Positions 12,406-24,044 of a DNA stretch of 64,000 nucleotides are shown here, one piece after another. Within the stretch, counting starts at the first letter, position 1; every line of letters begins with the position of its first letter. The position numbers and the translations under genes were made by a program. This stretch comes from Somniosus microcephalus (Eukaryota): assembly GCA_052327205.1 (NCBI GenBank), contig CM126216.1, forward strand, positions 73,470,001 to 73,534,000, read 5' to 3'. Under the pieces are notes generated by a model. The model was not told the origin of the DNA. It saw only the letters and a program-made list of their open reading frames with translations, and did no database searches.

Positions 12406-12730
12406 CCACCTTCTTAGGCAGTCCCTCGGAACTGAGGATGATTTGCTTCCACATTAAAAATGAGTTCTCAGGTGACTGATTATTCCAATGCAGGACCTAC
12501 AGTCTCTGTCACAGGTGGGGCAGGCGGTGGTTGAAGGGGCGGGTGGGTGCGGTGCTTGGGTTGACGTGCGCTCCTTCTGTTGTTTGCGCTTGGCTTCCGC
12601 TTGCTCCCGGCGAAGAGACTCGAGGTATTCGCCGCCTTCCCGGATGCTTCTCCTCCACTTTGTACGGTCTTGGGCCAGGGATTCCCAGGTGTCGGTGGGG
12701 ATGTTGCACTTTTTCAAGGAGGCTTTGAGG
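12406..12730 (-). mobile_element. RTE-clade LINE 3' end
   Basis: ASLKKCNIPTDTWESLAQDRTKWR...CPTCDRDCRSCIGIISHLRTH; 10-bp TSD TGAAAACAAA at 12396-12405 and 12731-12740. Confidence 0.9.
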
Positions 12731-12760
12731 TGAAAACAAATACATTCCCAGGGATAGATC

Positions 12761-15603
12761 GGGATCGATTTTGTTGCTGGGGTTGTGTAATCCGCTTTTC
12801 GTGTTAGCCACCCGATTCTAAATCGATGTGGGAGAATGAAGCGATTTTAACTTAAGTGGGCAATTGAGTTCCAGCGTGTGGGAACCCATGGCCCAATTAG
12901 TTTTTTCAGTCTGAAACTCGCCTCCGATGACGTCATCATTGCTGCTGCATTTAAGGTCTGCAACAAGCCTCGCTTCTTCTGCAGACTGCCAACCTTTTGG
13001 CCTTTCATGTTAGAGGGACCTGGAGGCAGAATGACCAGCGAGAGACCTAGGTCTGCTCCCAGGTTTGAGGACATCGCCCTGCAAGCTTTAGTGGAGGGAG
13101 CAAGAGTCAATAAAGAGGTGCTCTTCCCTTCTTCAGGGAGGAAGAAGCCTCCCCAGCAGACCAAGGCTGTGTGGATCCAGGTGGCCAACTCTTTGTCGAT
13201 AACCCGCAGAACCTGGCTTCAGTGCAGGAAGAGGTTTCATGACCTTCTGCGCACTGGAAAAGTGAGTATGACTTTCCCATCACCCTCAATCTGATCCCCA
13301 TTGCCTCTCCTCACCAGCACTCAGCTTTAGCAACCTCTTCCTCCACATCCCACTTGACACTGACATCCATGCACCCTTACCCATTCCCTCTCTCTGGTCA
13401 CATTCACCTAACTATTCGACTATGCAGCCCTCACACTCCCTATCACTGTGATGCTATGACAACAACTTACAACACACAGGGAGGGCCCTTGGTCTTGCCA
13501 CCTCACTCCATCTTTGTCTCCTTCTAAGCATCTATGCTATGGATTCTCTACACCCACTCCTTCATTCTCACTCAAACTCCACTTGTCTCCCTCATTGCAG
13601 GTAAAGAGAGCTCACAATAAGAGGGAAAAAGCGAGGACAGGAGGAGGGCCACCCTCAGTAGCCCAGCTCACCCCCTGGGAGGATGCGGTCCTGGAGATCA
13701 TGGGAGTGGAGGACGATGTGCAAGTGGGGAACGGACAGAGGGGTGCATCACAGCAAGCTGGTGACAGAATCATTTTCCATCTCTCTCATTGACATTGCAT
13801 GAGTCACTGATAATGATTCTGAAGCTCTAACAGATGGACTTATGATCATCTGCAATATACAATGTGCGTGTAACCTTGGCATCACATCTGACTCTTTCCT
13901 TTACTCCCCCACAGGACCATCGCAAGCACCCGTCCCCACTAGCCAGGAGAAAGAGCCTGAGCATCCAGACTCCTCAGAGGAAGCTGCAACATCTGAGGGC
14001 GCAGCGTCAGCAGAATTCAGCACACCCAGCACCAGCGCAGACACTCACACCTCGGTGGGACCTTCGCGAGATAGAGTAGTGTTGTCACCTGGTGTATCAC
14101 AGTTCACAAGTGAGCATCAGCAAATGGTGGAGACAGGGACAGCAGTGAAGAGTCCTCGTCGGAGAGCGCAGGACTCTGCCAGCTCGGCTCAGGCTGCATG
14201 TCGACCCTCTGCCTCTGGGTGCATCCACAAGATCAGTGGTGCTGGAACTCCAGGAACAGATGCAGGAGTCTCTGGCAGGTTTTGTCTTCTCTAGCTGACA
14301 GCTGCGAGTGTGGAGCGAATGGATGAGTCCATTGCGAACATGAGCAGAGCCTTTGTGGAGTCATTGGCTCATGAACGCATCACCATGGAAAGGATGGCAA
14401 CCTCCATGGAGGTGATAAGTCACCAGAGTGTAGAATACATGGTGAGTATTCTGAATAGAATGACATCTCTGGAGGAGCGATGGCCATCTATTGAACTGAG
14501 AAACCAGACCTTCATGGAAGTCCTTCTGAGTAGGACTGGCAGTGCAGATATGGGCCCCCCTGATGTGCAGCAAGGTGCTCTCAAGCCACTTGCAAGCGCT
14601 GAGGGGGACCTGACCCATGAGAGGGTAGTTGGTGGCAGACATCAACGAAGTGGGGGCTCCTCTCCAAGCGCTCACACTTCCATGCCACTGCAGAGCTCTC
14701 GGTCAGAGCCCCACCAGAGTCCACACCCAACTGAGATCGGCGTCTCAACCCCTGCACAGCCGCAGGAGCAGCAGACTGTTGACGACGAGCCCTCACAGGT
14801 TCGCAACCCCAGAGGACGCCAGCCAAAGGTGTCGAGACAGGAGCAGCAAGAAAGTGAGCAAGGGGCCTCCACATCTGCTGAAGCCACAGGGGAAGCACCA
14901 TGTAGGAGCACACGTAAGAGAAAGATACTGCACAAATAGTCACAAGGGTAGTCACTTGGGTGAAATTTGATGTTTAATATTAAAAAGCCATCAGATGGTT
15001 ACTGTAAATAAAAAATCTGATGGCTACTGCTTCAGTTGTGGCGTGTGTCATTTCGCTAATGGGACTTCCACATTGAGGGCTTAGGATTACTTGGTATATG
15101 CCTCAGTTGAGGAAGCGCTCAGTGAAGGTGGCGAGAGGGGTTTCCCAGGAGGTCACACTGGAGATGGGTGTCAGGCTCCAAACTTCCACAGCTGTGGTTA
15201 TGCCTTCTAACAGTTCCCCAGACCTGAGACAACCAAGTCCTGCCAGCTGCAAATGATGGTTGATCAAATATCCTATTTAATGGTGGAGCTGCAGCTAATA
15301 GTCAGCAATCCAATTGTGCTCCCGTCAGGTTTCACCATTGTGTTTCAGAGCAGGCATGCTTCACGTCGGAAAAGGGTTAAAATCACCAGGGCCTTTCAAA
15401 AGGGATAATAGAGGCAATTTAGTGCTTTTTAATGGCCTTAAGGGCCTATCCTGCCTCTTGGAGGCGGGACGGAGACGGGACCAGTAGACACGATTTCTTG
15501 AAAATTGCTTGGAGGCGGGGTTGGGCCCGCCTGCCACTTTTTGCAATTTTAACACCCCACACGCCTCCATTCCCGCCTCCATGGCCCTGTGAAATTCGAG
15601 CCC
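12761..15603 (+). mobile_element. Harbinger DNA transposon, transposase deleted, Myb/SANT gene retained
   Basis: Ends GGGATCGATTT / AAATTCGAGCCC with ATC/ATA flanks, splitting the host LINE at its PG.D/SIYPR motif; internal Myb/SANT-like gene. Confidence 0.75.
13031..14939 (+). pseudogene. Harbinger Myb/SANT-like DNA-binding accessory protein; exons 13031-13261, 13601-13760, 13915-14939
   Basis: RSAPRFEDIALQALVEG...W.QVA...RRTWLQCRKRFHDL, then VKRAHNKREKARTGGGPP. Donor GTGAGT at 13262, acceptor TTGCAG ending 13600, donor GTGACA at 13761, acceptor CACAG ending 13914; phases 0 and 1 are consistent. Exon 3 has a frame break around 14200-14310. Confidence 0.8.
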
Positions 15604-17314
15604 ATAGTATTTATCCCAGAATGCTGAGAGAGACTAGGAAGAGATCTGTGAGGCAGTGACAATCATTATAAAGGAGTCAATGGACACTGGGTAGGTACCA
15701 GTCGATTGGAAACAGTCCAATGTGGTACATATAATTTAAAGAAAGGCTATTAATTAAACTCAAATCTGTGGGGATTTGGAGTAAACCTTGGGAATGGATA
15801 AGAAACGGGCTGATGGGTAGGATACAACTAGTATTCATTGGAGGAGTTTTTTTGGGGGGTGGGGTGGGGCAGTGTGGAGTACTGCGAGCCATTGCTGGGA
15901 CCACTACAGTTTCTAATTAGCATAAATAGCTTGAATTCAGAAACTCAATGTAAAGTGGTCAAATTTACAAATGATACCAAACTTGAAGACTGGTGTGTGG
16001 TGGGGGCAGTAAGTAAATAGAATTTGCGAAGACAGGAATCAAATTAAACTTGGTTTGCAGCGTATCATTTCTCTGGTGTGGCATTTGTCTTTGGACAGGG
16101 TGAGTTAACTCCACAAAATCGTTACAATCGTTTACAGAAAGTACTCTTTCATAGCGATTTGCTTTCATGTTTAGGAGAGCCAGTGGTTAGCATTATTGTG
16201 TTGAAAATGACTGCGCTAAAGAAACAGAAGCTTTCTCTGAATTCCTGGATCTTTCTGTGTGTCAAAATGTTAATCTATATGGGCTTTTTATATTTGCACC
16301 AATGTGTTTGTCATTTAGCTTCTATTTGGTTACACTGCTTTTATTTCTTTTGGACTGAAAATATAACTCGCATTTAGAAATATTGGACAGGATTCTATGC
16401 TTTCCAGCGTAACTCCAGCAGACATGGATTGGAAATCCACTTGATGTCCTCTCCCCCCAACCCTTCCCCAATACTTGTTTTTTTCCCACCAGAATTGACA
16501 GAGAAAGCAAACTACATCTACCCTAATATGGACAGACAATTTCAAATTCAATGCAAATAATAGGAATGAATCATGTAATGTATTTCCTGTCATTTGTGCT
16601 GGATTTTGGCATTCAAGATTGCTATGGTGGGGGGTAACTTTTATGCTTAACTGGGACAGACTACATTAACTTTCTAATCTGGGATGTGTTGTTGGGAGAA
16701 TCATCGAATGCTAGCCGACTGTTTCTACACACAAAGGGAGAGACATTGGCCCCTATTTTCCGATCGGAGGCTTCCTGCGTGCGGAGGCCTTCGATCTGGA
16801 AAAAATCTACACCCTTACCTGAGGGCTCCAGAGGTCCAGCCATTTCCGCTCCTGAGCCTCTCCACGACGAAATGCGCAGGGCCCATGTATCCCAGGGGCC
16901 ATGGGGAGCCAATGGGAGAAGGGAATTTCCCTTCATACTTTTGACAGGTAGACCTGTCAAAAGTATGAATGGAAATCATTCCAAAAACACATCCAAACAT
17001 TAAATACATTTTTTTTAATCACTTTTATAAAATTAGTTAAAATTACATTAAATATTTTAAACAAATTTAAATTTGGGGAAAAAAATTAATGTTTTTTACG
17101 GGACTAAAAATACATTTACTTTTTTTAAAGTATTTTTAAATTATAAATGAGTGGGGGGTTAAAATTATTTTTTTTACTTTTTTAAACTCTTATGCTGGTA
17201 AAGATTTTTAAGTGATTTCAGTGGGCGGAGGTTCTGCAGAAAGCGGAACTCTCCACCCGCAGAATTCCTTCTCCAGGGCAGGCGTCCGATCTGTCAAGAG
17301 GATTGACAGATCGG

Positions 17315-20300
17315 TATTATGTCCGTGTATAATTGAGACACGGACTGCAGGAGTTGGTTATAACAGGTCTTTACTGAATGGAGGCAACCTGGAACTACTA
17401 TGCAAATGTTACTACACAGGCTTATATACAGGGGTGGTCACTACTGGTACTGCAGTATACAGGGGCTGCAGAATATAGTTTCTTCTGCAAAGTACATACA
17501 CTACAATTCCTCCCCTTTTAGCTAAACAGTACATAACATTCGATTAACAATGAAATAACATTTTTACAATTACAGTTGCTAGATACATTAGTTGAAGTTA
17601 AGCAATTATAAGTTCAGTCTTTGAGGAGGCTTCCTGATTCTGTCTGGATAACGCCTCTTTGGGGTATCAGGTTCTTCTGGCAACGTTGAGTCGGGATCAA
17701 TGTCGTTATTTGGTTCGTCTGCTTCCAATATCACCAATTCTGAGGTAGATGCAATTGGTACTTCGGTTTCATCGCCAGGTGTATCAGATCGTGGTGTGGA
17801 GTTGACGTTTCCCAGTGACTCTAGAATCTGGTCAGCATGGCGTCTTACAATACTCTCTCCAACGTCCACGGTATACATTAGAGGTCCTTGCTGTGTACAG
17901 ATCGTTCCTGGCTGCCATTTCTCTGTGCGGTAGTCCCGGGCCAAAACTGGTTGACCTATCTTAAAACTCCTGGTCGGCCTTTCATTCATATTCTGAAACT
18001 GCCTGTTCTCCATATCTCTTCTGATGTTTGGCTTAACCAAATCCAAGCGGCATCGTAGTTTTCGATTGAAGAACATCATGGCTGGAGTTTGGTTGGTAAC
18101 CGCATGTGTCGCATTCCGGTAGGCAAACAAGAAGTTATCCACCTTGTGCTGTAGGGGTATATCTTCATTACACATTGATAGCCTTCTTGAATGTTTGAAC
18201 GAACCTCTCGGCCAATCCATTAGTGGCTGGATGATATGGGGCGGATGTGTAATGCTTAACACCATTGTTCTTTAAGAACCTCCGGAACTCTTCAGACACA
18301 AACTGTGGTCCATTGTCGGAGCAAATCTGTTCAGGCAGCCCATTCCTGGCGAATATGGTTCGTAAGACTGTGATAGTTTTTTCTGTGGTGGTTGAGAACA
18401 TTTTTATTACCTCTGGCCACTTTGAATGTGCATCCACCGCAATTAAAAACATCGAGTCCATAAATGGACCAGCAAAATCAATGTGCACCCTTTGCCATGG
18501 AGATGAGGGCCACTCCCATGGATGTAGAGGGGCTTGTGGTGGGGCGTTTTGGACCTTCTGGCATCCTGTACAGCTCTTGGTCATCTCTTCGATTTCTCTA
18601 TCGATTCCCGGCCACCACACAAACACTCTGGCTAAGTTCTTCATTTTTACCCCTTCCAGATGACCCTCATGAAGCTCATTGAGCACTCTATCCTTCAATT
18701 TGGGTGGAATTACTACTATGGATCCACACATCAAGGTTCCTCTGCACACTGACAGCTGTTCTCTTCTGGCGAGAATGCTGGCAGCAGTGGTTCGCCATGT
18801 GCTGGCCATCCCTTCACCGTTAAATCATAGACCCAGGAGAGCGTCGGGTCATTGCGTGTTTCCTTTTCTATGTTTGCATTCGTCACAGGGAGACATTCGA
18901 CTATGGTCGAGTGGAATATCTCCACTGGATCCACTGCAAGTTCTTCTTCCACCGTCGGGAACGGTAGGCGCGACAATCCATCAGCATTCCCATGCTGTTT
19001 AGTTCCTTTGTACTCGATGTCATATTGGTGTGCCCCTAGGAAAAGGGACCACCTCTGTAGCCGTTGTGCTGTCATTTTCGGTACGCCCTTCTGAGGGTTG
19101 AAAATGGAGACAAGGGGTTGATGATCAGTAAGTAGAGTAAATTTCCGACCGTGCAGGTAGTGATTGAACTTCTTCACCCCCCACACCAGGCTGAGGGCCT
19201 CTCTCTCAGTCTGGGCGTAGTTACGCTCAGCTGAAGTTAACGAGCGTGACGCAAAAGCTATCGGCCTCTCTGAACCATCAAGGAATTTATGTGACAGTAC
19301 CGCCCCAATGCCGTAGGGAGACGCATCACACGCCAGTCTTATCGGTAGTGATGGGTTGTAGTGAGCCAATACTTCTCTTGAAGTGATTAGGTCCTTACTC
19401 TTCTGAAAGGCCCGCTTACATTCATCGCTCCATTTCCATGCTACTCCCGTTTGTAGTAGGGCGTTCAGTGGGTGCAGAATTGTGGACAAATTCGGCAAAA
19501 ACTTATGGTAGTAATTCATCAATCCGAGGAATGACCTCAGTTGTGACACATTTTCAGGCGCTGGAGCCTTAACTACCGCTTCAATTTTGTCAGGGGACTT
19601 ATGTAACCCCTCTTCATCAATCACGTGGCCACAATACGATATCTGCTTCTTAAAAAACTCGCACTTGGGGCGATTGGCCCGTAGTCCATGTTCACGTAGT
19701 CTAGTGAGCACCTGCTCTAGGTTGGCAAGGTGTTCACTGTCATCTTCACCTGTCACTAGGATGTCGTCCAAGTAACACTGAGTCCCCGGAATCCCTTGCA
19801 GGACTTGTTCCATCGCTCTTTGCCATATCGCCGGAGCTGATGCTACTCCGAATACCAGTCGATTATACTGGTAAAGACCTTTGTAAGTGTTTATCGTGAG
19901 ATACTTCCTAGAGGATTCTTCAACCTCCATCTGCAAATATGCTTGTGCTAGGTCAATTTTTGTAAAACGCTTCCCTCCAGATAATGAGGCGAAGATATCT
20001 TCTCTCCTTGGAAGAGGATATTGTACTGTGTGAAGGACTGGGTTCACCGTCACCTTGAAGTCCCCACAGATGCGAACCTTCCTTGGCTCCTCAGACTTAT
20101 TGTTTAACGTTTTCTTCATGACAGGAACGATGGGTGTCGCCCACTCGCTCCAGTCTACCTTAGATAACATGCCTGCATTCTCCAGATTCTCCAGCTCTGC
20201 CTCGACAGCTGGGCGAATTGCATTTGGTACCGGTCTTGCTTTGAAAAACTTGGGAATTGCATTCTCTTCTATTTTTATCGAGGCGGTTATGCCTTTAAGA

Positions 20301-22422
20301 GTGCCCAGTTCTTGTTGAAATACCTCTTTGGCGTTAGCTAAGATTGTTGACAATCGTCCAGGAGTGACGTCGTCATCCTTTTTACCAGCCACAGTCAGTG
20401 CCTGAATGGAGTGCCAGTCTAAACTTATCTTTCTGATCCATTCACGTCCCAATAACGGTGGTCCACCACCTTGCAGTATGTACAGATACAATTTCTGTCT
20501 TTCCTTGCCATTGTATTCGACAGGCACCCTTATTTTTCCTCTGGGGTATACTTTTTGCCCCGTATACATCTTCAAGACAATGGATGTCTCTTTCAAGGGT
20601 ATGTGTGAGAATAGCTGCTCGTAGTCTCATCGATTCATGACGGTTAGAGCTGATCCTGTATCCAATTCCATTTTGACTTGGGACCCTGCTATCGTGAGGG
20701 TGACCCAAATGGTTCGGTGATCCTCTTGCGATTACGTTGTGAAGTTTGAGACAGCTTAGTCTCTTGTTCCCGGATTCACTATCGTTCATCTGGTCTTCGG
20801 AACTACTGTCAGTCATCTTTTGTACTTTCCTGTACGGTTCCTTAGTAGCCTTTTTGTTGTCGTCGGTCTTCTTCCCAGACCTGCAAACTCGTGCAATGTG
20901 TCCCATCTTTCCGCATTGCCTGCATATTTTGTCCTTGGACCAGCAGTCCTTCTGGTCATGGGTTGTTCTGCCGCAGCGATAACATTTTGCAAATCCCCGT
21001 GTCATTTCGTGGGTGCCTGTGGCTTTTGCTGTATTTCCGCAGCTCCCCTTGCTGTTGCTTCGTACGATACTGCCACGCTGAAAGCCTTATCTAGCGTCAG
21101 CTCTTTCTCTGAGAGTAACCTCTTCTGGGTTCCTTGACTCAGGAGTCCACAGACAAATTTGTCCCGTAAGGTATCTGCCAGTCCTGCTCCGAACTGGCAG
21201 TGCTTTGATAGCTTGCGTAGTTCCGTAAGGTAATCAGCATTGCTCTCATCTTTATGCTGATTTCTCCTGTGGAATTTAAATCTTTCTGCTATCAGCAGCG
21301 GTGTAGGATTTACGTGTTCCTGTAGGATAGCAACAATTTCGTTAAAACTCTTCGCCTTCGGTTTGGCTGGAGTAATCAGGTCCTGCAATAGGCCGTACGT
21401 TCTTGCGCCCATTAAGTTTAGCAGTACCGATGCCTTTTTCTCATCGACTACTTCGTTTGCCTCGCAATATACCTCGACTCTTTCCACATACATGGTCCAG
21501 TCTTCTATTGCATTATCGAAGGCAGAGATATTGCCAGTCTTCGGCATCTTGGAAATCTAAAATGGCGCCTCCCAAGCTTTGCCTTCTTCCCCGCTGGATT
21601 AAGATGGCGCCTCCTGCGCTTTCTGTCTTCTCCGCTGTTGCTGGCATTTTATGCCTTGATGGCGACGCCCTATGGTCTTCGCGCACTTCCCCCCGCGCTG
21701 TTGCTAACGCCGCTCTCCGCGGTTCCCGTGGCAAACTGCAGCTCCTCGCGGCTTTCTGCGCGTTTAATTTTTATTATTTCCCCGTCGTCTGAACAACCCT
21801 GTGGGACTCTTACCTCCCTCTTCTCGGGTCTGTACGCTGCCCGGCTTCGTAGCACTGGCCGTGCCCTGTGTGCTCCACCCTCTCTCTCTCTCCTCTCCCC
21901 GACAACGCTGCTCGGCCCCATTGCAAAGCCACCCGCTCGAGCTCTAGACCGCCGCAGCCCAGGAAGGATCAGTGTACTACCTGCCACCAGCCCAATTAGC
22001 TGAAGCACCATTGACAGGATAACCAAGCCCCGCTCTCGACAGCCTCTCCTGCAAATCTTCAACTCCGCTGACTCAGAGGCGATGTCCACGGTCGACGCCC
22101 GTTTCTTCTGTTTCTTTCTTCCTTCTGGCCTCGACCTCTGATAACTTCGCTTCAGGGATGGATCCCCATGAGGTGGTGCAGACTGTAGGTAAGTTCGTAT
22201 CTGCTCGTCGCCAGTATTATGTCCGTGTATAATTGAGACACGGACTGCAGGAGTTGGTTATAACAGGTCTTTACTGAATGGAGGCAACCTGGAACTACTA
22301 TGCAAATGTTACTACTATGCAAATGTTACTACACAGGCTTATATACAGGGGTGGTCACTACTGGTACTGCAGTATACAGGGGCTGCAGAATATCGTTCCT
22401 TCTGCAAAGTACATACACTACA
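17315..22422 (-). mobile_element. Gypsy LTR retrotransposon (Mag-like), full length
   Basis: LTRs 22215-22422 (5') and 17315-17505 (3'); 5-bp TSD ATCGG; PBS TGGCGACGAG (tRNA-Ser GCU 3' end); PPT at 17506-17520; gag-pol inside. Confidence 0.97.
17606..21547 (-). pseudogene. gag-pol polyprotein, several frameshifts
   Basis: Gag (ERFKFHRRNQ), two CCHC knuckles (CYRCGRTTHDQKDC, CRQCGKMGHIARVC), protease ELDTGS, RT YLDD, RNase H CDAS, integrase HIDFAGP/SDNGPQF. Confidence 0.94.
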
Positions 22423-24044
22423 ATCGGTAAAGTCGGTTTTCAGTGCATGCGCTTCGCATGCCTGAAACCAGCATTTGCGAGGTCCCTACGGGTGTGTTCA
22501 CACCTCGTACACACCCGTAGGGATCGGAAAATACGGGCCATTGAAGGGGCAACTAGTTACCATGCAACACATTTAGGCGCCCTGCAGCATCGAACATAGC
22601 ATTGCAGAGATCTGGAATCAGATTGCCTATCTGCCTCTGGCTTGCAGGATGGTGGTTTGGGGTAACATGAAACTTTTTATTAAAATCAAGTATGTTATTG
22701 TTTTTTTACTTTGTTTTGTTGAACAGACTGCTCATATATTTTCTATTTTGTTCCAGTTTGGTAACATACTATTCCAGAGAATGACTGCACTTGAATAGAT
22801 GCATGAGCCACAGAGGGTTTTGTGTTGCATAGTGTTTGAATTATTGTAGCAAGAACTGCAAAATATTCCAGCTTGTTCTTTTTACTCAGTGCATTCATAG
22901 AGTGTGTAATAGCCATTCTTTCCTGGTGGTGTGTTTTTTCTGTGCAATTTCTATGCATTGTTTAAAACTTCTTTCTGAACCAAACATTTCTGAAGAGAAT
23001 GAAGAAGTGTCAGGTAAACGTTTTCTAAGCTGTGGAGAAAATGCCTGGTGATAGGAATCCAAGGACATAGAGAGGAACAGATTAAATCAGTGTTGCTAAT
23101 TCAGTTCTGTGAAATAGCAAGCAGATCATTTCTAGGCCATCAAAATCTTTAGATAGTTCTGGTATAATCAGTTAAAATAATCTTTCACCCTTTTGCCCGA
23201 TCACATCACTGCATAATCATGCAAGGTAATCCTTTCCCATTCTGCTGATGCAGATGAGGTTATAATATAGTCTTTCTTTATGAAACACTGAATAATGAAT
23301 GGATTTGTAGACAAATCAAATATTACATGTCTAAAACCACACAATTGCTTCTCTACCTTTATGCTATCAGCGGGAAGTCGCAAGCTGTCCTTTCCATATC
23401 TTCATCTGAAATGAATGCATCCTCAAAATTATTATTTTTTGAAGCGCTGTTAGGATGAAGATGGTATGGTTGAGGAGCTGAGAAAATGAGTTTGCTGTTC
23501 TGTGTATGAGAGTGAAGGTTCTCTGCTCACAAGTGGGCAGGTTAATGGGAAATCTTACAGGCTGAGCTGTGTGATACAGTGCTTATCAAACATGTGTGGG
23601 TTGTACCATAATTCATGTGCAGGTTATAAAGAAATCTGAAAATGTTTTATAGTTATATCTGTGTAAGAGGCTAGTTGTACAGCACTTTTCTAAGTACTGT
23701 ATTGGAGTTCATCAAGTTGATCAAGCCAGGGAGGTTTTAAAATTTGTGCCAGTAGGGAAACCACTCAATGGTTCAAGACAACGAATATGAAGTTGAACAG
23801 CAGTGGAATTTCTGCAGTAACCACATTCTAATCCATAACTTGCCAGGAGTAGCTTTTAGAAAACAACGCCCGCTCATTGTATAACGAGAGTAAATCAATA
23901 GAATAAGAGCCACACACCACTTCAACTGGGGCTGCATTAATACAGTTCTTCTCTTAGAGTCAAGTTGCAAACAGTCTCCTGTCATGGACACCCCCAAAGT
24001 CAGTTGCCATATCAACAGCTGTGACTTATGTTGATCTATGACAT

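Larger units (their letters stand above)
11500..16020 (+). mobile_element. Old fragmented CR1-group LINE interrupted by a MITE, an RTE and a Harbinger
   Basis: Remnant motifs LGVSDH (about 11580), FFQYCNSKR (12181), ILNDYFLQVFTRED (12260), SIYPRMLRE (15606), VPVDWKQSNV (15694), LLGPLQFLISIN...KFTNDTKL (15890-15985). Confidence 0.7.
16748..22539 (-). mobile_element. MITE family A copy 2, split by a Gypsy insertion (parts 16748-17314 and 22423-22539)
   Basis: TIRs GGCCCCTATTTTCCGATC / GATCGGAAAATACGGGCC, TSD ATT (16745-16747, 22540-22542). Confidence 0.88.
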
